Assembly: GCA_965222225.1 (NCBI GenBank)
Contig: CBDCTK010000002.1
Location: 1,408,001 to 1,472,000, forward strand
Source: Candidatus Poribacteria bacterium
Lineage (GTDB): Bacteria > Poribacteria > WGA-4E > JAJDTR01
Length of the DNA: 64,000 nt
Direction of reading: 5' to 3'
The notes beneath the pieces are model-generated. The model was given only the letters and a program-made list of their open reading frames with translations. It was not told where the DNA came from and ran no database searches. Of this stretch, positions 47,483 through 58,800 are shown in pieces (position 1 is the first letter of the stretch; every line of letters begins with the position of its first letter). The translations under genes were made by a program, and so were the position numbers.

Positions 47483-49453
47483 ATGAATTCTAGCCGACGT
47501 ATACAGCTATTGATAGTAAGCGTTTTGTTGTTGAACTATACTATCTTTTCGATTGCTGAAACACAAATCGTTAATGTATCCACGTTGATTGATGCGGGCA
47601 AATACAATCAAGCAACGCAAACGTTGCACGAACTGGAAAATTCAACGAAGGACGTTGACCAACTCAGTTGGATTAATCATCAGTTAGGTGAAATCCATTA
47701 CAACTATACCCGTGAGTATCCGAATGCATTGAATGCTTATAACCAGGTCATTCAACTAAAGGCAAAGACTCCAGCGGCAGTGGACTTGTTTCTTGCCTAT
47801 ATCAAAAAGGGCGATGTCTACTGCCGAATGGGGCAATGCGATGATGCAATTCGTACCTACCAGACGCTTGTAAATCAATTTCCGTCTACCCATTTTGCGC
47901 ACAAAACTGGTTTACAAAAGATACGCGATATTCAGACTGCGCTTGAAACCTTGGAGGCACAACACGAAGTTATACGCTTATATTCCGGTACACCGACGGC
48001 AGTTGAAGCTTTATTCCAAATCGCGGAAGTATATCGCAGTCACTATCAACTAAATCAGCCCGAACAAGCGATTGCGCAATACGAAATTATTTTGAAGGAA
48101 TATCCGGACGCCAAAAATGCGCCTGAAGCACAGTGGCGCATCGGAAATTTGTGGCATGTGGTTCTGAATGAACCCGAGTTTGCCATCGCAGCGTATCGAG
48201 AAGTTCCCACAAACTATCCGACAAGCAATTTTGCTGCGGATGCCCTTTACCAAATTGCGCGCATCAATGAAAAAAAAGGCCAGTATCAAGAAGCCGTATC
48301 CATTCTAGAAGCACTTACCGAGAAATACCCTGATTTCTGGAATACTCACGCTGCATTTTATTGGTTGGGCGTTTGTCACGAAAAATCCAAGGACTACCGT
48401 AGGGCGCTCCAAGCCTATCGGACCTTTCTGCACGTCTACCTTCCGACTCTTGAACCTGCTTACTTTGGTCAAATCGGCAGACACAATCAAAGCCACGTTC
48501 AAATTGAGACCGCAATACAAGGAAAGATTGAACTCCTTGAAACTGAACTGCCACGGGTTGAATGGGACAAAATCAACAAGCTGATTAGCCATTCACACTA
48601 TGTCAGGGCACTACACCTCGCACAGCAACTGATTGCTGATGTGCCGCAGAGCGAGTACGCAAAGAAAGCGCAGGACCAACTTAGTTCAATAACGTCATAT
48701 GCTTCCATTCAGAAGCTGCAAAATCGTATCAGCGAATTTCCAAAATCGCCAGCGATGGCTCATGGTAAATTTCGAATAGGGACAACCTATGAACGTGGAT
48801 TGCAAGAATATCATCTCGCAATTACAGTTTATCGCGAGCTAATTGATGAATATCCGGAATCGCCTTGGGCTGCAGAAGCTCTGTATCGTATCGGATTAAT
48901 TTATCTGGAACACCTTGATAATACGGAAATGGCAATCCAAAGTCATCAAGGATTGATTGAAAGATACCCATCATCGTCGCATACGATGATGGCTAATTTT
49001 CAATTGGGCGAGATTTATCGGACACTGCAGCGGTATGATGAAGCCTTACGGGCCTATCAGACCACGATTACTTACCCTGAGCGCGATTCATACCTCGCCG
49101 AAGGCTACAAGGACAGTTTTGCGGATCGAGCACGGTTCCGGATTGGGCGGATTCATTACGAAGATGGTCGATACAATGACGCGAGACTCACGTTTGAAGA
49201 GTTCATCAACAGTCGACCTCGATCGCCACGCCTAGCGGCAGCCCATGTTTACGTTGCCCTGACAAACCAAAAACAAGGGGATCAATCGCGTGCTTCCCAG
49301 GCATATGACAGAGCCATCCAGCTAATCGACAACAGCCACATCCAAGCTGAAATGGTGATTAATGAAGCATCAAGTTTCGGATTTCAAGGCACAGACCGAG
49401 CGGATGTTCTCCGAAGGCTTAACGAACTCCGTAAACGCGTGGAGACTAAATAG
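47483..49453 (+). CDS. exported TPR protein
   Basis: Signal peptide then many YP-S/TPR repeats; start uncertain (ORF opens at 47369). Confidence 0.85.
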   Translation: MNSSRRIQLLIVSVLLLNYTIFSIAETQIVNVSTLIDAGKYNQATQTLHELENSTKDVDQLSWINHQLGEIHYNYTREYPNALNAYNQVIQLKAKTPAAVDLFLAYIKKGDVYCRMGQCDDAIRTYQTLVNQFPSTHFAHKTGLQKIRDIQTALETLEAQHEVIRLYSGTPTAVEALFQIAEVYRSHYQLNQPEQAIAQYEIILKEYPDAKNAPEAQWRIGNLWHVVLNEPEFAIAAYREVPTNYPTSNFAADALYQIARINEKKGQYQEAVSILEALTEKYPDFWNTHAAFYWLGVCHEKSKDYRRALQAYRTFLHVYLPTLEPAYFGQIGRHNQSHVQIETAIQGKIELLETELPRVEWDKINKLISHSHYVRALHLAQQLIADVPQSEYAKKAQDQLSSITSYASIQKLQNRISEFPKSPAMAHGKFRIGTTYERGLQEYHLAITVYRELIDEYPESPWAAEALYRIGLIYLEHLDNTEMAIQSHQGLIERYPSSSHTMMANFQLGEIYRTLQRYDEALRAYQTTITYPERDSYLAEGYKDSFADRARFRIGRIHYEDGRYNDARLTFEEFINSRPRSPRLAAAHVYVALTNQKQGDQSRASQAYDRAIQLIDNSHIQAEMVINEASSFGFQGTDRADVLRRLNELRKRVETK

Positions 49454-49552
49454 AATATGCATTCCGCTAGCCAACAAACATTGGATTGTTAACCATGGGA
49501 CATGTGTAATCCACCTCTTTTCTCGGTTACTCAGATATCGTCACTAGTATAG

Positions 49553-49581
49553 TTGACTTTGGGATTTATACATGATATAAT
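49553..49581 (+). promoter_or_regulatory. sigma70 promoter of groEL
   Basis: TTGACT-N17-TATAAT with extended TG. Confidence 0.75.
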
Positions 49582-49591
49582 TCCGCGCATG

Positions 49592-49618
49592 TTAGCACTC
49601 AATACTTGAGAGTGCTAA
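49592..49618 (+). promoter_or_regulatory. CIRCE element (HrcA operator)
   Basis: Perfect TTAGCACTC-N9-GAGTGCTAA upstream of groEL. Confidence 0.97.
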
Positions 49619-49698
49619 CAACAAGCGTCTATCCTTAATCTCTATATTTAATATGCTCCGATAGACCGATTCAAACACAGAAAATGAGGAGAACTTGA

Positions 49699-51330
49699 AT
49701 GGCAGCAAAGAAGTTGATATTTAATCAAGAGGCAAGGGCAGCGCTCAAGCGAGGTGCTGATAAGCTGGCTGACGCCGTAAAAGTGACTTTGGGCCCGCGC
49801 GGTAGAAATGTCGTGATTCAAAAATCGTTCGGGGTTCCAGTTATTACAAGCGATGGAGTGACTGTTGCAAAAGAGATTGAACTTCCGGATGAATATGAAA
49901 ACATGGGGGCTCAACTTCTAGAATTAATAGCGACGAAGACAAATGACGTTGCTGGCGACGGTACTACCACTGCGACTTTACTTGGACAAGGGATTGTTGA
50001 TGAAGGACTCAAAAACGTAACAGCTGGTAGGGATCCGATGCAATTAAAAATTGGCATCGATAAAGCTGTTGATGTGGTCGTTGATGCCATCGGCGAACAG
50101 AGTCAAGCCGTTAGCAGTCACGACGAAATTGCACAGGTGGCAGCAATCGCTGCTAACGATCGAGCACACAACAGTGAGATTGGTACCTTGATTGCTGACG
50201 CCATGGACAAGGTTGGAAAAGATGGCGTCATTACCGTTGAGGAAGGGAAAAGCGCTGATACGAATGTCGATACCGTTGAAGGAATGCAATTCGATCGTGG
50301 ATATCTTTCTCCTAACTTCACAACCAACCCTGAAACGACTGTTGTTGAATTCGAAAATCCGCTGATTTTAATCAATACTGGAAAGATTAGCGCAATAGCT
50401 GAGCTTGCCCCACTCTTAGAGAAGACATCTCAACTGAGGCGACCGTTGCTAATCATCGCTGAAGATGTGGAAGGCGAAGCATTGGCTACGCTGGTTGTAA
50501 ATAAGTTGCGCGGTGCCCTCCAAGTCGCCGCCGTGAAAGCACCCGGATTCGGAGACCGTCGCAAAGAGATGCTTGAAGATATTAGCATTCTCACAGGAGG
50601 TCAGGTTGTTTCAGAGGATCGTGGCATTCGGCTTGAAAATGTTGTTGTCGGTATGCTAGGTAGCGCCCGAAGAGTAATTGTTGATAAAGATAACACCACA
50701 ATAGTCGATGGTGCCGGTTCAAACGAGGAGGTCGAAAATCGAATTGCTCAGATTCGCCACCAAATCGAGGGGACGACCTCAGATTATGACCGCGAAAAAT
50801 TAGAAGAACGACTTGCCAAACTTGCGGGTGGAGTTGCTGTTATAAACGTCGGAGCTGCCACCGAAGTGGAAATGAAGGAACGGAAGGCGCGGTTTGAAGA
50901 TGCTCTGTCGGCTACTCGCGCGGCAATTGAGGAAGGTATCGTGCCCGGCGGTGGTGTCGCACTGTTGAGGGCCGGTGCCGCATTGGACAATTTCCATCTT
51001 GACGGGGATCAGGAGGTTGGTGTTAACATCATTCGTCAAATTCTATCAACCCCTAGCCGGTTAATTGCCGAAAACGCCGGATTAGAAGGCTCAGTGGTCG
51101 TTGCTAAAATCCAAGACGGAGAAGGCGCCTACGGACTAAATGCGGAAACTGGAGAGTACGAAGACCTTCTTCAAGTAGGGATTGTAGACCCGACAAAGGT
51201 CGTTCGATCTGCGCTCCAAAATGCATCAAGTGTTGCTGGTCTGCTGCTGACGACAGAAACTCTCGTTACGGAAGTTGAGGAGAAGCCAAAACCTGATGCC
51301 CACGGTCACCATCACCATCATCACCACTAA
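49699..51330 (+). CDS. groL: chaperonin GroEL with His-rich C-terminus
   Basis: [33 protein letters not shown]; ends HGHHHHHHH. Confidence 0.98.
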   Translation: MAAKKLIFNQEARAALKRGADKLADAVKVTLGPRGRNVVIQKSFGVPVITSDGVTVAKEIELPDEYENMGAQLLELIATKTNDVAGDGTTTATLLGQGIVDEGLKNVTAGRDPMQLKIGIDKAVDVVVDAIGEQSQAVSSHDEIAQVAAIAANDRAHNSEIGTLIADAMDKVGKDGVITVEEGKSADTNVDTVEGMQFDRGYLSPNFTTNPETTVVEFENPLILINTGKISAIAELAPLLEKTSQLRRPLLIIAEDVEGEALATLVVNKLRGALQVAAVKAPGFGDRRKEMLEDISILTGGQVVSEDRGIRLENVVVGMLGSARRVIVDKDNTTIVDGAGSNEEVENRIAQIRHQIEGTTSDYDREKLEERLAKLAGGVAVINVGAATEVEMKERKARFEDALSATRAAIEEGIVPGGGVALLRAGAALDNFHLDGDQEVGVNIIRQILSTPSRLIAENAGLEGSVVVAKIQDGEGAYGLNAETGEYEDLLQVGIVDPTKVVRSALQNASSVAGLLLTTETLVTEVEEKPKPDAHGHHHHHHH

Positions 51331-51500
51331 TCCAAGTTTGCCTTGATTATGACTAACTTTTGAAGGTGGCGGTTTTGCATCGCAAGGTGCGAATACAGAA
51401 CGAGCACCTACTATAGTTCCGTTGAAATTCGGACGTGACAAGGCAGATTTCATTTGGGCTGATGAATATTTAAGAGAAACCAAGCCCATTGTCGAAAATG

Positions 51501-51546
51501 AAAAGCCACGCTAATTCAGCACTCGCATAGCGTGGCTTTTTATTTT
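51501..51546 (+). terminator. intrinsic (possibly bidirectional) terminator
   Basis: AAAAGCCACGCTA-loop-TAGCGTGGCTTTT followed by TATTTT, between convergent genes. Confidence 0.75.
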
Positions 51547-51663
51547 GCGTGGGTAGACCTCTCTCGCGGAGAAAAACGCCTCTAAACCATGCACAGCGTG
51601 CATGGGATTCTGGTTGATAATTATCTAACCGCGATCCGCACACCGTTTCTAAATTCACACACG

Positions 51664-52206
51664 TTAGAAACGGGGGAGCATGTTATTATCCCACTCGCAA
51701 TCAAGACAGAACGCTTCGCGCGGACCAAGATATTGGATATCTTTGCTTCCGCATGCTGGACACACTTCAACTCTCTCAGATTTTTCTCGCTTCACCTCTA
51801 TTTGGAAAATGTTTAGGTAGTACATTTTAATTTCCCCTTCATAGCGGTGGCCCAGAGGGCAACGGACCTTGTTCGTAGCACGGGACTCGAGTCGTTCAAT
51901 CATTTCTCGGAGGAATGGAATGCGTCGACCACAAATGGGACACCGGTCAGGAAAGAGTTCTTTTGCCGTAATTACATCGGTATTCTCATCTCGAATTAAG
52001 ATTGGAATTGAAAAGTGATGTTCAAGTACCAGTCGTGTATCGTTCTCCGTATCTCCTTCTGCTATATCCTGCTCCGAAACGATTTTTTTATAGGTTTTAG
52101 GACTAAGTACGATCTCTGTCGACACCATCGCTCCTCTCAAACTGAGCATTATACTGCTTATTCGATCCACTATCGACAATTTGATTGGCTCTCTCTCCTT
52201 CCGCAA
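51664..52206 (-). CDS. hypothetical double zinc-ribbon protein
   Basis: CPIC..CPLGH and CPAC..CLDC; GGAGGG before the TTG start. Confidence 0.7.
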   Translation of the reverse strand: MRKEREPIKLSIVDRISSIMLSLRGAMVSTEIVLSPKTYKKIVSEQDIAEGDTENDTRLVLEHHFSIPILIRDENTDVITAKELFPDRCPICGRRIPFLREMIERLESRATNKVRCPLGHRYEGEIKMYYLNIFQIEVKREKSERVEVCPACGSKDIQYLGPREAFCLDCEWDNNMLPRF

Positions 52207-52564
52207 TTCTCGCCCTCCAATCTCGAAAACACACCTTGGTATTTTAGACTATAAGCCAAAGTTGTCATGATATCCGCGTAGAATAGGTCGATTCAATAAA
52301 TATTTACCAGTAGCACATCTTACTTGCCACAACGCTTGGCCGGCTTTTCAACGTAGATTATCTGCAAATTCTACAGCAGGCGATTTTTCCTGTCAACCAC
52401 TATTTTCGAGATTACGGCTCATGTCCATGAGGCAGGATCTGCCTTTCACGTGTTCCTCTTGCCGCGTTCAGAAGACGCCGACTGTCTGCTCGCACCGTGC
52501 CATCGTGGTCGGGATGAATCCGAGGTCCAAGGGTTTCTTGAGCTAAGTTCTTACAGGATTGAAG

Positions 52565-52594
52565 TTGACGGCTTTTCAGACGGTACGGTATAAT
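52565..52594 (+). promoter_or_regulatory. sigma70 promoter
   Basis: TTGACG-N18-TATAAT upstream of 52638. Confidence 0.6.
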
Positions 52595-52637
52595 TCGGCA
52601 AGCTCTTAAAAGCCTATTAGGCGAAGAAGGAATTTGA

Positions 52638-54917
52638 ATGCGATTCACTTACTTTTGGCCATGGTGGGGGGTTATCCTCGGACTTGCAATCATGGCTGGC
52701 GTTACGGTGTATGCCTACCTCCGTCTGAAACGTCCTATCAGTTGGAGGCCTAAATCGCTCCTCATTGCCTTACGGATTTTAGCCATATCAGTGTTGTTGT
52801 TCTGCCTGTTGGAGCCAGTGCTTGTCGAGAAGATGGACATCACTCCCCCGATAAATCTCCCCATTCTTGCTGATACCTCCCGAAGTATGGAACTTCGAGA
52901 TGTCGAATTCAATGGCGAACCATCAAGCCGCTTAACACTTGCAAACCACCTTCTGTTTGATTCATCAAGCCAGTTCTTGCCGAGTCTCAATAAACGCTTT
53001 GAAACCCACCTCTACCGATTTGACGAACAATCACAACAGATTTCAGGACAACTGAATCCCTTAGAAATCAGAGGCAATCTGACGGATATTGCCGCTTCTA
53101 TCCAGACCGCCATACGAGAATGGCGAGGACAGCAGACCGCCGGTGTAGTGCTAATTACTGATGGTGCTCACAATGCCTCGACATTTCCGCTGGAAGATGT
53201 GTTGCGGTTGCAAATCCCTATCTACCCAATCGGCATTGGAGCCCCGGAACCTCCGAGGGATCTCAAAATCGTAAAAATAGAAGTAAATCCCGTTGTTTAT
53301 GTGGAGCATGAGGTCCCAGTCTATATCACCATACAATCTAACGGCTATTCTGGTAATCGAGTGCGTTTGTCATTGAGGCGGGCAGAGAATTCTGAAAACG
53401 AGGGAAGTATTGTTAACGCTACCTCGGTTACCTTAACTGATGATCCCGCTCAAGTTGTTGAATTCACCTTGATTCCCAAATCTGAGGGTAGTTTCCAATA
53501 TGTCGCTTCGTTGCCAACCCTTGAAGGTGAAATTTCGTCTGAAAACAACAGAAAGGTATTCCTGCTCAAAGTTGTCAATACAAAACTGCGTGTCCTTTAT
53601 ATTGACGGGCGCCCTCGCTGGGACTATGTTTTTTTGAAGCGGGCGCTAGAACGTGATCCGGATATTGATTCGACATGCGTTATTCTATCGGGCAAAAGAC
53701 AGCACCAATTGCGTGATACGCTGTTAAGCACTACGAATGGTTACTATCCACAAAACAAAGAGTTGAATGAAGTTCGTCAATTTCCAGATACACTTCAAGA
53801 ATTGATGGCCTATGATGTGTTAATTGTGGGAGATGTACTCTCAAACGCATTGAATGCGATACAACAAGCCGCTGTTGTCGATTTCGTTGAGAATCATGGA
53901 AAAGCAATCATCTTTCTTGGAGGACAGCGTTCACTCGGTATTAACGGGTTAATAAAGACATCACTTGCAGGTCTCCTTCCGGTTGTGCTTTCTTCGAACG
54001 GTTGCATCGCAAAAAATGAAGATTTCAACCTTGGACTCACTCCAAGTGGATTATACCATCCAATAACACGCCTCGCTAATACGAAGGCAAACAATGAGGC
54101 AATCTGGAGAAATTTACCACCGCTATCACGGTGGCTCGGCGGCTTGCAACTTCGAGGCGGTGCAACTGAACTTGCGGTTTATCGGCGGGACACACCGAGC
54201 CAACCTATACCAATCATTATTTTCCAGCGTTCTGGCTTGGGAAAAAGCCTCTTGATTGCGGCTGAAGGCGTTTGGAACTGGAGATTCGGTGTGTGGAGTT
54301 TCAAAAACGAAGACAACACATATCCCCGATTCTGGGCACAGTCAATTCGTTGGATGGCGACACGAGGAGAGGAAAAACAGATTAGCGTTACAACAAACTT
54401 GCCCACTTACTCAGTAGGCGACATTGTTGAAATTACAGTCTTCGCGTATGATGAAAGTTTTCAACCCCTCAACAATGCGGTGATTGATATTGAAGTTTTC
54501 CCTCCCAGCGATCAGCCCTTTCAACTCCATGCCAGTGCCAACTCCGCAAATACGGGTGCCTACACGGCGCGGTTCAATTCGGATAGCCAAGGTAACTATT
54601 ATATCAAAGCTTCAGGGAGACAGGGTGAAGTTGTGCTCGGAGAGGATTCAACCGAGATTTTTGTTCAACTGCAATTGGCAGAATTAGAAAATCCACAACT
54701 TGATGAATCTCTGCTAAAACAGTTAGCCGCCAAAACGGGAGGTGCTTACCTCCCGTTTGCCGAAGCCTCCACTTTGCCCGAGAAGATTAATGCTCGACAA
54801 CACCCTATCTTTGCGACTGAAGAACGAGATTTGTGGGATACTCCGCTAGTGCTGATTTGCGTCGTTGTGTTGCTCGGGTTGGAATGGTTCTTACGCAAGC
54901 GAAGAGGCTTGGTATAA
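52638..54917 (+). CDS. membrane protein with VWA and glutamine-amidotransferase-like domains
   Basis: Two N-terminal TMs, DTSRSM, LITDGAHN, VLYIDGRPRW, C-terminal TM EWFLRKRRGL. Confidence 0.8.
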   Translation: MRFTYFWPWWGVILGLAIMAGVTVYAYLRLKRPISWRPKSLLIALRILAISVLLFCLLEPVLVEKMDITPPINLPILADTSRSMELRDVEFNGEPSSRLTLANHLLFDSSSQFLPSLNKRFETHLYRFDEQSQQISGQLNPLEIRGNLTDIAASIQTAIREWRGQQTAGVVLITDGAHNASTFPLEDVLRLQIPIYPIGIGAPEPPRDLKIVKIEVNPVVYVEHEVPVYITIQSNGYSGNRVRLSLRRAENSENEGSIVNATSVTLTDDPAQVVEFTLIPKSEGSFQYVASLPTLEGEISSENNRKVFLLKVVNTKLRVLYIDGRPRWDYVFLKRALERDPDIDSTCVILSGKRQHQLRDTLLSTTNGYYPQNKELNEVRQFPDTLQELMAYDVLIVGDVLSNALNAIQQAAVVDFVENHGKAIIFLGGQRSLGINGLIKTSLAGLLPVVLSSNGCIAKNEDFNLGLTPSGLYHPITRLANTKANNEAIWRNLPPLSRWLGGLQLRGGATELAVYRRDTPSQPIPIIIFQRSGLGKSLLIAAEGVWNWRFGVWSFKNEDNTYPRFWAQSIRWMATRGEEKQISVTTNLPTYSVGDIVEITVFAYDESFQPLNNAVIDIEVFPPSDQPFQLHASANSANTGAYTARFNSDSQGNYYIKASGRQGEVVLGEDSTEIFVQLQLAELENPQLDESLLKQLAAKTGGAYLPFAEASTLPEKINARQHPIFATEERDLWDTPLVLICVVVLLGLEWFLRKRRGLV

Positions 54918-54961
54918 GGTCAATGTGACACTCTTTTACATCGGGACCAGCATGAAGATTT

Positions 54962-55666
54962 ATGATTAGACAACGATGGACGTGGTTTGATTCCGTTCCG
55001 CCTAAGTTTCTCCCGCTTCTGGTCCTGCTGTCCGTAGGTTTTCTGATGTTCGGTTTAGCCTATGGCGTCGGAGATAAGTTTGTCATTGCGCAAGTCCACT
55101 ACAGTGGCGGCGGCGATTGGTACGGAGATCGGACCGCTATTCCCAACTGGTTAAAGTTACTTCGTAGGAGGACCGACGTTGAGACAGCCGACGACCGGGT
55201 AATTGTGAAGCTCACAGATCGAGAGTTGTACCAGTATCCGATGCTTTATATCGTTGGACACGGCGAAATTCGGCTTTCAGAAAAGGAAGTCCAGGCGCTA
55301 CGGTTCTATCTGACACATGGCGGTTTCCTGTTTGTAAATGATGACTACGGTCTGGACAAGAGTTTCCATCGCGAAATGCGGCGTGTATTTCTTAATCAAG
55401 AGCTCCAACCTATACCAAATTCTCACCTAATCTACCACTGTTTTTACGATCTTCCCGGGTTGCCCAAAATCCACGAACATGATGGTGAACCTCCACAAGG
55501 TTTCGGGTTATTCCACGAAGGACGGATGGTAGTCTATTACGTCTATAGCTCCGACATCGGAGATGGGCTGGAAGATCCGGAAGTCCATCCGAACGATACT
55601 TCCGAAGTACGGGAACTCGCCGCAAAGATGGCAGTAAATATCGCGGTATTTACGTTAACCCACTAA
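54962..55666 (+). CDS. DUF4159 domain protein
   Basis: GGGDWY, YPMLY, GGFLFVNDDYG, HLIYHCFY, MAVNIAVFTLTH. Confidence 0.88.
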   Translation: MIRQRWTWFDSVPPKFLPLLVLLSVGFLMFGLAYGVGDKFVIAQVHYSGGGDWYGDRTAIPNWLKLLRRRTDVETADDRVIVKLTDRELYQYPMLYIVGHGEIRLSEKEVQALRFYLTHGGFLFVNDDYGLDKSFHREMRRVFLNQELQPIPNSHLIYHCFYDLPGLPKIHEHDGEPPQGFGLFHEGRMVVYYVYSSDIGDGLEDPEVHPNDTSEVRELAAKMAVNIAVFTLTH

Positions 55667-55835
55667 GATATTATTTGGGACACGCAAACCTAGAAAATAA
55701 CCACCTTGAATGAGCAATCAGGAAAGCAAGTACATTAAAAGATAACAAAACCGAAATTCGCCGTAAACTGCGAACCTAAATGAACAGAATAAATCCGCAT
55801 TTATTATTTCGGTCTACGCTAATGGAGATTTCACC

Positions 55836-58800
55836 ATGCAAAATCGGCACAGCGAACAATCCTATCAGACAATTGTCAATCGTCTTCGCTCTCTGGGCGT
55901 ACAATGGCGTATGCTGCACATATTTCAAGGCTTACTCCTCTGCTCGGGAGTAATTGCAGTCGCCCTTTCAGTTGTCCTTGTGATTGACCAACTTCTGCCG
56001 ATACCTCGTTTAATCCGCATGTGGCTCGTGCTATTGGTAATCGGAATTGGTGCCTACACAATTATCTTCAATTTCATCCGTCCCGTTTTTGGAAGACTTA
56101 CAATCAATCGCGTGGCAGCCTACATCGAGCGAAGTTACCCTGGGTTTGAGAATAGAATCTTGAGTGCCATTCAACTTCAACCGGAGATAGCTCACAATCG
56201 TTTCGGATATGCCTTGGAATTCATCAATAGGTTAACTGAACAGGCGCGTCAATCTATTGAAGAAATCAAGGCAAAGCGGGTTTTCGAAAAGGAGTTTCTG
56301 AGTCTAAAGAGATACGGCGGATTCACTGTCTGTGCCATCGCGTTGTTTGTTGCCATAAATCTCGTTTTCTCATCAGCAATGATCGACTTCGTTGCAGCAT
56401 TCGACGAAATCCCCAAAACCGTCCAAGAATTACTAACGGTTCAAATCAATGAAGTCAAGCCCGGAAATACGCGAATCGAATCAGGTGCGGACGTGACCAT
56501 CTTGGCTGAAGTTACCGGGCACTTCAATACGCCGGTGCATTTGTATTACCGTGTCGGGGGACCAGATTTAACGAATGAACCTATGGATTCATCAGAGTCT
56601 GATTGGAAATCAGTTTTGATGACGAGAAGCGACACACAGATAGCCTATCGCGTGACTGTTGAAAATATCACACACTCTACAGAATACTACGTCCAAGCAA
56701 AAGAGACGCAGTCGGATCGCTATAAAATTACAGTCACACGCGAACCGATTCTTAGCCGGTTTCAGTTGAAACTCAATTTTCCCAATTATACCCAACTTTC
56801 TCCGGCAACATTGGAGGAAAACCTCGGCGACGTTTCCGCTCTAACCGGCACGGAGGTCCAGTTTGAAGGAGAGGGGAACAAACCGCTCTCTTCCGGCAAC
56901 AAGCTCGTCTTTGACGAATCGGAATCCGTGACATTAAGAACCACAGAGCAGCTCAAGTTAGCCGGGAGTTTCATAATTCAAACAAGCGAAAAATATCATA
57001 TCGAGCTATTCGACACTCACGGTATGACGAACTCAAGTCCGATTGTTTACACGATCAACGCCGTGCTTGACACTGAACCAATGGTTGAGATAATCGAACC
57101 GGACAGAGATGTCGTGCTTGATGATGCGATGATTGTGCGATTGAAGATTAATGCCGAAGATGATTACGGGCTAGAGCAACTTCGTTTAGTGTACAAAGTT
57201 GAAGGAAAGGACGAGGAACCGGTAGTGATTCTACTGAAACAATGGAGGACACAGCAAACAGAGGCATATATCGAGTTCTCGTGGGATACGGATCCAATCG
57301 GTCTCTTCCCCGAAGATGTAGTTTCCTACCACGTGGAAGCGATTGATACTGATAATGTGACGGGCCCAAATATTGGAAAATCGGATACCAACACTCTTCG
57401 CTTCCCGTCGCTTGATGAACTCTATGCGGCGATTGAATCAAGCCAGGAAGGTGAACAAGCGGGGCTTGAGGCGCTGTTTGAAGAACAAACTGAAGCAATC
57501 GGAATCGTAGATGAGCTGTTGGACAAAATCCGAAAGAATCAGGAATTGACGGCAAAAGACGAACAACTGATGAAGCAAGTGCTTGAAACACAACGCCAAA
57601 TCAAACAGACAGCGGAAGAACTCGTGGACAATATGGAGAAAACCGCTGAACAGATGCAAACCAACGAACTGTTTGAGTTGGAAACCGTTCAGAAATATCA
57701 GGAATTGCAGGAGCTGATGGAGCAAGCTCTTTCCGAGGAACATAAAGAACTTTTGCGCAAGTTGTCAGAGGCACTGGAACAACAGCAGTTATCAGATCAA
57801 GAAAGAGAGCTGATGGATGCAAATTTCAGCCAGGAACAGTTTCTCCAGCAATTAGATCAGTTGAAAGAATTATATAAACAGATGATTCTTCAAAACCAAC
57901 TGGAGGCGGTGACAAAGCAGACGAAGGAATTGGCTGAGCGTCAGCAAGGGTTGATGGAACAGGCGGAAGAATATCACGCTCAATCCAACCAGAAAGAAGC
58001 AAGTCAACCCACTGGGAGCCAGCAAGCTCTAGATCAACACGGTGATGAACTCGCCAAGCAGGAAGAACGCATTGCCGATGGAATGGATGGACTTCACAAC
58101 GACTTGGACGAACTTGGTCGAGAAATGTCAAAACACGACAATCTCCAGAGAGTGGCTGATGAAATTAACCGACTCAATCAATTCGCGAGAAATGAAAACG
58201 TCGTCCCCAACCTGAAAGAGGCTAGTACACAGATGCAGCATTCTCAGCTTGAGCGGGCAATGCAGCCGGGGCAGCAGGCGCAGAATACGATGAGCGACCT
58301 CGCCAAAGGATTGGAGAATGCACTCGAATTCATGGAGGGATCAAATGCGGATGAAACGCTGACCGCCCTCAGAGAGGCTGTGAGGAGCGGAGTTTATCTA
58401 TCCGAAGTACACGAGGATGTGATAAAGGATACAAACGAGATTTTGCAATCGGGCCACGGGCAATATATTGATGGAGAAATCAAACGGTTACAAGCCCTCG
58501 CAGCAAAAGAGTTGAGCACCGCAACAGGAATCGATCAACTTGCGAGTCGGCTCTGGGAACTTGGCAAACAGCAGATGCAGATTGATCCGAAAGTGGTATG
58601 GCGCCTCAATGAAGCAAGTGATGCGTTGAGTCGCGCTGCAAGTGCATTGGAAGATAGGAAAGCAAATCTGGCTACCACTATCCAAAAGCAGGGACTCGCA
58701 GATCTGAATAGAGCGGTTGTGGAACTCCTCGGCTCCATGAATCAGATGAATCAACAAATGAGTATGGCAGGAATGGAGAACATGCTTGAACAACTCCAGC

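Noticed and set aside
51331-51514. groES or a small ORF downstream of groEL
   Set aside because: Open stretch without a good start/RBS and no GroES similarity
52412-52648. 78-aa ORF or ncRNA between the Zn-ribbon and VWA genes
   Set aside because: Overlaps a promoter; no recognisable protein or RNA motif
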